IMG/VR virus record: IMGVR_UViG_3300050343_000261
Reading direction: 5' to 3' (one strand)
DNA length: 64,000 nt
Source of the DNA: a virus
A program made the translations under genes and the position numbers. The notes under the pieces were generated by a model. It had not been told where the DNA came from. It searched no databases and saw only the letters and a program-made list of their open reading frames with translations. This document shows, piece by piece, positions 19,981-26,771 of the stretch (its first letter is position 1; every line of letters starts with the position of its first letter).

Positions 19981-20606
19981 TCCAATGCCTCACTCACAGA
20001 AGGATACTGTTCAATGAAAATCTTCTTACATGCATGGGCGATGTCCATGTGCTCCTTCTGAGTGCCATTTTCAGACCTCAGATTGATGTAATGGATCCAT
20101 GACCTACATGAGCCTGTCATGTAAATTTTGGTGGGTGTACAGAGTGGAAGCACCATTCTTGCACATTCTTTTGCTACCCCCTCCTCTAGCATCTGATTGT
20201 AAAGCGATTGTGCAGAGGAGAATAGAGTTTGCATCTGTAACTCTAATTTCTGAACAGTATATGGATCCAAATCATCAATACTATTTTGCCTGTTCTTAGT
20301 ATCCTGACGACGCATTGCAGGAAGAGGAATGTTATCCTTCAGCAATTTAGTGTCAGCATATCTTTGGGAGAACTCTTGGAATGTGAATGAACGGTGCCTC
20401 AAAATTTGAGCTGCGATTGCTCTAGTTGTAAAGATCTCCAAAGTCATTGTTGATTGCTCAAACACACTCCAATGGTTGTGCTTGATACAATACTTCAGTA
20501 GACCAGAATACTTTTCATTCTCTTGATTAGCAGGATTGCTCACACGAGCAATGTACGCCATCATCTGCTCAGAATCAGGAGTAACGCTGATAAGTTCTAC
20601 TGTCAT
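19959..20606 (-). CDS. thyX: Flavin-dependent thymidylate synthase
   Basis: ARVSNP; HWSVFEQ; QILRHRSFTFQEFSQRY; TQKEH. Confidence 0.97.
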   Translation of the reverse strand: MTVELISVTPDSEQMMAYIARVSNPANQENEKYSGLLKYCIKHNHWSVFEQSTMTLEIFTTRAIAAQILRHRSFTFQEFSQRYADTKLLKDNIPLPAMRRQDTKNRQNSIDDLDPYTVQKLELQMQTLFSSAQSLYNQMLEEGVAKECARMVLPLCTPTKIYMTGSCRSWIHYINLRSENGTQKEHMDIAHACKKIFIEQYPSVSEALEWVESAE

Positions 20607-20755
20607 GGACCTTCGTAAATTTCGTCGTAGTTTTGCTCAACAGGGTCACACTCGTCGAAACGATAAGACTCCACGTCAGAGTAGACCTCTGCTTTGAGAG
20701 CACTGAGAAGCATTTCCAAATCGGAAACAATGATCTTGAGTTTGTCTCGTTCCAT
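20603..20755 (-). CDS. Conserved small cyanophage hypothetical protein
   Basis: Hand-translated: MERDKLKIIVSDLEMLLSALKAEVYSDVESY... (50 aa); stop overlaps the thyX ATG. Confidence 0.65.
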   Translation of the reverse strand: MERDKLKIIVSDLEMLLSALKAEVYSDVESYRFDECDPVEQNYDEIYEGP

Positions 20756-20771
20756 GGTTTTATTATAAAAC

Positions 20772-20800
20772 AAAAAAGGGAAGGTGTCAAACCTTCCCTT
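20772..20800 (-). terminator. Rho-independent terminator
   Basis: GGGAAGGT-TTGAC-ACCTTCCC followed by a T-run, just after the DUF4278 gene. Confidence 0.8.
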
Positions 20801-20834
20801 AGTTATACAAGATCATTTGTCTAACAAATGTATC

Positions 20835-21002
20835 TCACCTTTTGTAAGTGCTTCCACGATAGCAGAAAGTCCCATGAGACTCTTTGCTTTCTACACAACG
20901 TGTGTCATACTCCACTCCACGGTATGTGGTGTGATGAATTTGTGCGTTGTGAAGAGCAGATGCTTTGACGATCTGCTTCTGGATCATTTTTAGTGTGTTC
21001 AC
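20835..21002 (-). CDS. DUF4278-like small protein
   Basis: Hand-translated from GTG with AGGAG RBS: MNTLKMIQKQIVKASALHNAQIHHTTYRGVEY...FCYRGSTY; the duplicated YRG motif is typical of DUF4278. Confidence 0.75.
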   Translation of the reverse strand: MNTLKMIQKQIVKASALHNAQIHHTTYRGVEYDTRCVESKESHGTFCYRGSTYKR

Positions 21003-21036
21003 TGTAGGTACTCCTAAAGTAGTTGGATTTTTAGGT

Positions 21037-21261
21037 CCGTTCCTTTAGTCGTTTGCGTCCCAATAACACTCAGGAGTTGCCTCCTTCATGGTCTCTACAA
21101 GTTCAACTTTCAACGAAAGAGGAAGATCCTCATTCGCTTTCATCCGTAGCATAATGCTATCGGCTTGCTGACATGTGAGCGAGGTATACAGTAGTATATC
21201 AAGCATTGGGATGAACGGCTCCGTTCCGCGACTTACTTGCGTCCCCGAAGGGATGAACGAT
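21037..21261 (-). ncRNA. Tandem glutamine riboswitch-like element (glnA / Downstream-peptide type)
   Basis: Aptamer 1 at 21221-21261: CGTTC-A-TCCC-TTCG-GGGA-CGCAAGTAAGTCGCG-GAACG. Aptamer 2 is split: CCGTTC-A-TCCCAAT (21218-21205) ... ATTGGGA-CGCAAACGACTAAAG-GAACGG (21063-21037). It sits upstream of a DUF4278 gene, the usual partner of glutamine-II riboswitches. Confidence 0.75.
21045..21206 (-). CDS. 53-aa hypothetical protein nested within the riboswitch
   Basis: Hand-translated: MLDILLYTSLTCQQADSIMLRMKANEDLPLSLKVELVETMKEATPECYWDAND*. Confidence 0.7.
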   Translation of the reverse strand: MLDILLYTSLTCQQADSIMLRMKANEDLPLSLKVELVETMKEATPECYWDAND

Positions 21262-21299
21262 TCGCATGATGTTATATTATATAGAAAAGAACATCAGCA

Positions 21300-22412
21300 T
21301 CAATTGCTAAGTCTCTTCTTTCCGCAGTAGTCCGCACAGATGTGTGGTCTACTACTCCAAGAGTCTACCAGAGTATGCTGAAAAAAGGGAGTCTGTAAAA
21401 CATCTTGTAAGGATTGATGCTCTAGGGAGATGGTTTTGATACCACCCTGCTCCTCTATCAAAGGGATCACGTTGTCCCAAAAGACCTGCTGCATATACTC
21501 TGCACCCACTCCCTTGTTTGGGTTTTTGATGTCACGGAAGACAGCAGGTGCATCAGGGTCATTATCAATATAATATCCAGGATAGAAAAACCTGAGACGT
21601 GACTGATGGAAGCAGCAAGCATGCACCACACCCCTACTATCGATCCTCAGTTGACCAGGACTACCTTTGCTATGCTTATAGCGGCACACCACCTCTGAGT
21701 CCTCTGCTACGGGTTCTGGGTGGTACACATGGTCAGGATCGTCTGCTACCTGTAGGGTATGCACCTTATCTCGGTATGAATACGTAAATTTACCGTCACC
21801 ACGACCACTAGCGTCATACATATCATTGACCCGAGTATGCTGAAAGTCTTTGAACTTCCATAGTTTACTCAGCGTCTTACATCTTTTTATCTGATGTTGG
21901 TTGTGTTTGAAGACTAGCATCCTCCAAACAGCAGGACCACCTGCCGCAATGAATGCTTTAGCACTCCTCATTACTTTCTTATAGTCCACACCTACACGGT
22001 AATGCTGCAGTGTATCTTCTAGACCATCAATAGAAAAGATGAGGAAACTATCTTTATGTGATGCTCCCATGAGAGCACCAAGTCTTCCCCAAAATGCATC
22101 GTCACGAGTGCCTCCATTGGTACTCATCTGGAAAACAATATTGGGATTTGACTTTAGAGTATAGGCATATATTTCAAGCAGATCATCACACAATGTAGGC
22201 TCACCAAAAGACCCTTGGAAGTAGATCAACTCTGTCTTCTCAAGGGTTTTTTGAGGGAACCATGTCTTCCACTGATCAAGAGAGATCTTTGACAAGTTCA
22301 TTGATGGGTCAGGTGCAAGCACCGCAACTTCATCATTGTATGATGTCTTATGCCTAGCACACAGAGGACACTTGGAGTTACAATGATCTGTTAGATCAAT
22401 GAGAAACTTCAC
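21300..22412 (-). CDS. Radical SAM enzyme with twitch/SPASM-like C-terminus
   Basis: DHCNSKCPLCAR; GSFGEP; STNGG; FSIDGLEDT..YR; VVC...RIDSRGVVHACCF; C..YCG. Confidence 0.9.
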   Translation of the reverse strand: MKFLIDLTDHCNSKCPLCARHKTSYNDEVAVLAPDPSMNLSKISLDQWKTWFPQKTLEKTELIYFQGSFGEPTLCDDLLEIYAYTLKSNPNIVFQMSTNGGTRDDAFWGRLGALMGASHKDSFLIFSIDGLEDTLQHYRVGVDYKKVMRSAKAFIAAGGPAVWRMLVFKHNQHQIKRCKTLSKLWKFKDFQHTRVNDMYDASGRGDGKFTYSYRDKVHTLQVADDPDHVYHPEPVAEDSEVVCRYKHSKGSPGQLRIDSRGVVHACCFHQSRLRFFYPGYYIDNDPDAPAVFRDIKNPNKGVGAEYMQQVFWDNVIPLIEEQGGIKTISLEHQSLQDVLQTPFFQHTLVDSWSSRPHICADYCGKKRLSN

Positions 22413-22864
22413 TTGTCACGCCAGTGAATCTCAGGGTATGCTTTTTCTACAACGCTACGAGTAATGCGATACTTACTCTGCAGTTCACTGTCTTTGGTCA
22501 GAGTAACAATCTCTGCTTCGTCAGCATGGAGTGACTCTAGGAGTTGAATCAACAAGGTTTCCCGACGCATCTGAGATAGTTTGTCGTTACCACCACGGAT
22601 AAAGTTATACAGTGACCTCCACTCATGTACTAGACGAGTGTGACCATCAGTACCAGCAGGAGACTCGTTCCTCTTATAGGGAACATCTCCTTCGGGGATA
22701 GCAGACTTGATTCCCTTGTCAAAGTTCCAGATAAGGATTGCCTTTACATCATCCCGTTTGTGTTGTTCAAGTAGTTCAACCTTTTTATCCACAGTCTTGG
22801 CACCATGCACTGCTTTGAACAGTTCAGAGACCAGAGGATTGCTAGGAAGTTTGGACGTTGCCAT
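22409..22864 (-). CDS. Conserved marine T4-like hypothetical protein (DUF6433-like)
   Basis: LIWNFD..IKSAIPEGDVPY; RRETLLIQLLESLHADEA. Confidence 0.75.
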   Translation of the reverse strand: MATSKLPSNPLVSELFKAVHGAKTVDKKVELLEQHKRDDVKAILIWNFDKGIKSAIPEGDVPYKRNESPAGTDGHTRLVHEWRSLYNFIRGGNDKLSQMRRETLLIQLLESLHADEAEIVTLTKDSELQSKYRITRSVVEKAYPEIHWRDK

Positions 22865-22866
22865 AA

Positions 22867-23097
22867 TTAGTCTTCAAATTCATCGAGGTAGGGGGTCTCA
22901 CCTTCAAATCGGAAAGAGATTAGAGTGTCGGCAACAGGATTACCATGCTCATCAAACATCTCAGGGTGAGAATACTGGGGAGTTACATCGTGGATGTAAG
23001 TACGGACTAGGTACCCAATTACTAAACCAATTGCAATTGTTTGTAGCATGATCACCACAAACATTGCGAAAAAGACAGTAGTTGAATCGAGCGCCAT
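22867..23097 (-). CDS. Conserved small membrane protein
   Basis: N-terminal TM segment; HPEMFDEHGNPV...FRFE. Confidence 0.65.
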   Translation of the reverse strand: MALDSTTVFFAMFVVIMLQTIAIGLVIGYLVRTYIHDVTPQYSHPEMFDEHGNPVADTLISFRFEGETPYLDEFED

Positions 23098-23182
23098 GCT
23101 AATTCTCCCTTTCTATATGTAGCGAAAATCTCTTGCCAAATATTTTGAAAAGAGGTACTAGTTTGTAGGGGTGTTTCCTTCT

Positions 23183-23211
23183 ATTATACATGAGAAGGGT
23201 GCCCTTGTTTA
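23183..23211 (-). promoter_or_regulatory. Sigma70-type promoter (extended -10)
   Basis: TAAACA-17 nt-TATAAT, immediately after the glutaredoxin stop. Confidence 0.55.
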
Positions 23212-23448
23212 TCAAATCATCTCCAGAGTTTGAAGATGATGGAGTGTCTCTTTGCATCCACCAATTGCTTTGTTGTTGATAGAGACTTGTGGGAAGGTAG
23301 CACCTTCCTCAAACTCATTGTAGAATTGATCTTTTGTGAAATCTTTGTCAAGTTTATACTCAAGGTATTCAATGTCAACTGACACTAGTAGTTGACGAAC
23401 CCTATCACACCACTGACAGTCGTCCTTCGAGTAAATTACTGCTTGCAT
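23212..23448 (-). CDS. nrdC: Glutaredoxin
   Basis: YSKDDCQWC (CxxC); TFPQV; IGGC. Confidence 0.92.
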   Translation of the reverse strand: MQAVIYSKDDCQWCDRVRQLLVSVDIEYLEYKLDKDFTKDQFYNEFEEGATFPQVSINNKAIGGCKETLHHLQTLEMI

Positions 23449-24024
23449 TTACCAACGATTTTGGTTGAGTTTTACTATGTTACCGACGACAACAAAGCGG
23501 TCGATCCCTTCAGTCATCTTTTCCACACCGTGCATAGCATAGGATGGATACAGCATAATGTCACCACTTTTTTGGCATTCAGGATAGATTTTTTTATCTC
23601 CAACCTGAAAGTAAAACAGTTTGGTGTCAGGAACATCAACAAAGTGAACCCACGAAATCAATTGACGTGGATCCTCGTAGTGATTGTGAACATCAATGAC
23701 CGCTTCAAGGTCACGTTTATATAGTTGTCCCCAGATACTACTGTAACTATAAATGGTCTTGCCCATAGGCAATCCAATGTCACCAAGGATTTTCTTTAGT
23801 TTAGGGACATAAAGTTGTAGAAGATCTTTGTCAACAAAGTTACCTTCAACAGTTGGTGCTTTATTGTTTGGGTTCTTATGAAACCCAGTGTAATGTTGTC
23901 CCCAGTTTTTTCTATTCTCAATCGAGTCCTCTCCTCCCTTTAGGAAGAAAGAGTCATCGTATCGTTCCTTGAGAGTTTTTATAGTATCTTCCGGAAGTTT
24001 CCACTTCTCAGAATAAAGAATCAT
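23449..24024 (-). CDS. Putative 2OG-Fe(II) oxygenase
   Basis: WGQLY..DVHNH..ISWVHFV; GDIMLYPSYAMHGV; RFVVVGNI. Confidence 0.75.
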   Translation of the reverse strand: MILYSEKWKLPEDTIKTLKERYDDSFFLKGGEDSIENRKNWGQHYTGFHKNPNNKAPTVEGNFVDKDLLQLYVPKLKKILGDIGLPMGKTIYSYSSIWGQLYKRDLEAVIDVHNHYEDPRQLISWVHFVDVPDTKLFYFQVGDKKIYPECQKSGDIMLYPSYAMHGVEKMTEGIDRFVVVGNIVKLNQNRW

Positions 24025-24190
24025 TATTAGGGATAATCAAAGTTACATCTACACCAGAAACTACCGACCCAATGGCTTTTGCCATTGCCCGGTAGCCTGT
24101 ACCAACATAAATTTGACCTGACACTACTGAGACTGTTGCAATACCCCAGAACCAGTAGTACCAGCGAGATTTTACTTGATACTTTTTCAT
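24008..24190 (-). CDS. Small membrane hypothetical protein
   Basis: KSRWYYWFWGIATVSVVSGQIYVG; directly follows a consensus promoter. Confidence 0.65.
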   Translation of the reverse strand: MKKYQVKSRWYYWFWGIATVSVVSGQIYVGTGYRAMAKAIGSVVSGVDVTLIIPNNDSLF

Positions 24191-24202
24191 GAAAGACAGA
24201 TC

Positions 24203-24240
24203 AACTTAGATATTATAGGGTATCTAAGTTACCTTGTCAA
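24203..24240 (-). promoter_or_regulatory. Perfect sigma70 promoter overlapped by a 10-bp inverted repeat
   Basis: TTGACA (24240-24235)-17 nt-TATAAT (24217-24212); AACTTAGATA-8 nt-TATCTAAGTT flanks the -10. Confidence 0.8.
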
Positions 24241-24243
24241 TCT

Positions 24244-24543
24244 TTACTCAGGACGCTCTGGAAAAGCACCGGTCCTTGCCTTCTCGCGATTCATAAACTC
24301 AAGATCCGCTTTGACTTCTTTCTTAGCAAGTTCTTGCTTACGATAGAAGTCCATTCCAACGTCATGCTGTTCGCGATCAATGCGTTTCCAAATACGCTCA
24401 CGAAAACGCCATGCTGGCGATTTAGCGGAGCGATCAATCGCCTCACCAGTGCCATCCAAGACCATGTTTCCATTAGAATCCATGGTCAACTCACTCCGAA
24501 CTTCAGAGGAGGAAAGCGAAGAACAGGCTTTAGAAACCGACAT
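24244..24543 (-). CDS. Hypothetical protein
   Basis: 99-aa ORF with no recognised motif; fits the operon spacing. Confidence 0.5.
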   Translation of the reverse strand: MSVSKACSSLSSSEVRSELTMDSNGNMVLDGTGEAIDRSAKSPAWRFRERIWKRIDREQHDVGMDFYRKQELAKKEVKADLEFMNREKARTGAFPERPE

Positions 24544-24575
24544 GTCTACGTTTTACGACTGTTATACATTGATAT

Positions 24576-24872
24576 TTAGTAAAGGTTCTCCTCTTGCTCA
24601 GTAAGAATAGTAACGTCAGAAGTTGGGTAGGAGACACAGGTCATCAAGAAACCTGCTTCTAGTTGATCATCGTCTAAGAATGACTGATCACTTTGATCTA
24701 CAGTACCCGATTCAATTTTTCCTGCACAAGTGGAGCAGGCACCTGCACGGCAGGAGTAAGGAAGATCAATACCTGCCTCGTCAGCAGCATCAAGGATGTA
24801 TTGATCATGAGCACACTCGATAGTGTGTACTTCTTCAGGAGTCTTGAGAGTAACAGTGAACATAGGATTCAT
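24576..24872 (-). CDS. petF: Plant-type [2Fe-2S] ferredoxin
   Basis: [16 protein letters not shown]...[12 protein letters not shown]...TCVSYPTSD. Confidence 0.97.
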   Translation of the reverse strand: MNPMFTVTLKTPEEVHTIECAHDQYILDAADEAGIDLPYSCRAGACSTCAGKIESGTVDQSDQSFLDDDQLEAGFLMTCVSYPTSDVTILTEQEENLY

Positions 24873-25192
24873 TGAACGTGAACGGTGCCAGTCATACCTG
24901 CACTTTGGTGAGGTCCACAGAAGAAGTTATAGTCTCCTGCATCAGCAAATACAACGTCTTGTGATTCTCCAGGAGCAAACAATAGTGATTCTCTAGAAAG
25001 ATCAGGACGTGCCTCTACAATAATATTATGTGGAGGTAGTGATTCATTGATAAAATGAACCGTATCACCTACAGAGATTGTAATCTCATTCGGTTCAAAT
25101 ACTAGGTTTCCATTAGCACCCATCGTTACATCCACTGCCCATGCAGGTAAAGCAAGGAACAGTGAAGCGATTAGCACAAATAAAGGCTTCAT
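24869..25192 (-). CDS. petE: Plastocyanin
   Basis: Signal peptide; PPHN; [10 protein letters not shown] (Cu ligands His/Cys/His/Met). Confidence 0.95.
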   Translation of the reverse strand: MKPLFVLIASLFLALPAWAVDVTMGANGNLVFEPNEITISVGDTVHFINESLPPHNIIVEARPDLSRESLLFAPGESQDVVFADAGDYNFFCGPHQSAGMTGTVHVQ

Positions 25193-25241
25193 TTGCAATT
25201 CGCAGACACGTTATGTATCTGAGTATAAACTCTCACATATA

Positions 25242-25271
25242 ATTGTATCACATAAAAAACCTGGGTGTCAA
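25242..25271 (-). promoter_or_regulatory. Sigma70-type promoter for petE-petF
   Basis: TTGACA-18 nt-TACAAT with TGn extended -10; A-tract motif directly upstream of the -35. Confidence 0.7.
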
Positions 25272-25294
25272 ATTTTTGCCCGAGTTTTTTTTCC
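25271..25294 (-). repeat. A-tract repeat motif, copy 3 (GGAAAAAAAACTCGGGCAAAAATT)
   Basis: Matches the copies at 9741 and 18371. Confidence 0.7.
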
Positions 25295-25307
25295 TGTTTC
25301 TAGGAAA

Positions 25308-26753
25308 CTAATTATCGATTTTGGTTTCCTGATCTTTTCTGAAGTTAGGACGTTGCTTATCGTAATTACTCCACTTGTTATACAACTCTGACCTCTTGTC
25401 TTCACGTGGATCATGGATGATATAACTTTCATCACCACGCTCTGGGAAGAAGTCTTGCATCTCTCCCTCACGATCCAGGTCGAGGGTGATGCAGTGTAGT
25501 CCACCGTCCCAGAAGTAACGATGCCTAAAGTTCACCACGTGACCTGTAATTCCATGCCTATCAAAGGCATCAAAGACAGTCTTGTTATATCCATTACAGA
25601 TAACATTCTTCTCGTCAACCACAAGCATGTTGACATCAAAGACACTCTCTTCAACATAGATTACCCAGTCATTCAACCAAGTGTCTATGAATTCAGTCAA
25701 AGAATCATTGTCTTCTTCTCCAGGAACCCACCAGCGTCCCTTATTTTTCTTCTTCATCTTCAGGAAACCATCCACCTGTTTCCATCCAGCACCTTGAAGA
25801 CGCACAACCTCCCAATCAGGGAAAGTTTCACCAAAGAATTCAGGTTTACTAATAGAAATCAACAGTCCTGGTTTGACTGGGGTCAAAGCACCATCACCAT
25901 GTCCAGGAACATACAGAGGGTGTCGTCTAAACTCAGGGAACAGACGCTCCCATTTCTCCATGAACTTATCTTGGTTCGCAAGGTTCATGATGTTATTCAA
26001 AGAGAAGTATAGATCTCTGCCACAACTAATTACTGCAGCACTATTGACGTACTGATTATATACAACTTCCCCACCCTGTTCTTTGAACCACTTCTCTGCA
26101 TCCTGATACTCATTATATTCTTTGTTGACCCTGTGAGGGTCACCAATTGTATTAGTAACAGCACTCAAGCACAGTCTCTCCATGTCCTCCAGGTCTAATC
26201 CAGCTAGTAGTCCACCCAAACTATAAGTATTCCCATCCCGACGCTGTGAACCATAATTCAAATAGTAATCACGCAACTCCTCAATAGGATTAGTATTCTC
26301 AACACCTCTAGCAGGTTTCATCATATCAAGGATGAACTCTGCAACCAACTCAGCACCCGGTTGCAACCACTCATGCTTACATTTTGGATTATGAAGACCA
26401 TTGATCATCTCGCGAAGATCAATGTTCTTCAAGTAATCACTGTTAGGCATGTATAATTTATTACCAATCACCGCAAGGTGATCCCGTGGAATCATTGCCG
26501 AAGGATACTTAGCTTCGTATCCACAGTTATGATCCTTCTCCCAGTCGTCAGAAATATTAGTTCTAATTACATTGACACCCAACTCCGTCAGTTTGTCACA
26601 GAGTTTTTGATAATCTTCCTCAGTTTCTTGAGCAATCTTCTCCATCCCAGCACGTGCTTTGGGATCTTTGATATAAGAATAAAACTCTGGAGGATATGAC
26701 CGACCTACCAAGCACGTTTTTAGTTTATCCCACGGTTGATATACTGATGGCAT
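25308..26753 (-). CDS. Amidinotransferase (AGAT/StrB1 family), paralog 2
   Basis: WDKLKTCLVG; IPRDHLAVIGN; PGHGDG (catalytic HxD); FDVNMLVVDE; DGGLHCIT (catalytic Cys). Confidence 0.88.
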   Translation of the reverse strand: MPSVYQPWDKLKTCLVGRSYPPEFYSYIKDPKARAGMEKIAQETEEDYQKLCDKLTELGVNVIRTNISDDWEKDHNCGYEAKYPSAMIPRDHLAVIGNKLYMPNSDYLKNIDLREMINGLHNPKCKHEWLQPGAELVAEFILDMMKPARGVENTNPIEELRDYYLNYGSQRRDGNTYSLGGLLAGLDLEDMERLCLSAVTNTIGDPHRVNKEYNEYQDAEKWFKEQGGEVVYNQYVNSAAVISCGRDLYFSLNNIMNLANQDKFMEKWERLFPEFRRHPLYVPGHGDGALTPVKPGLLISISKPEFFGETFPDWEVVRLQGAGWKQVDGFLKMKKKNKGRWWVPGEEDNDSLTEFIDTWLNDWVIYVEESVFDVNMLVVDEKNVICNGYNKTVFDAFDRHGITGHVVNFRHRYFWDGGLHCITLDLDREGEMQDFFPERGDESYIIHDPREDKRSELYNKWSNYDKQRPNFRKDQETKIDN

Positions 26754-26771
26754 AACAATATTAGACCTGCA

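Noticed and set aside
20575-20993. Track ORFs at 20575-20790, 20633-20824 and 20784-20993
   Set aside because: Wrong frame or strand; the real short genes are 20603-20755 and 20835-21002.
24576-25192. petE, petF (also psbA, psbD, talC, phoH, thyX) as novel AMGs
   Set aside because: Well-documented cyanophage auxiliary genes.
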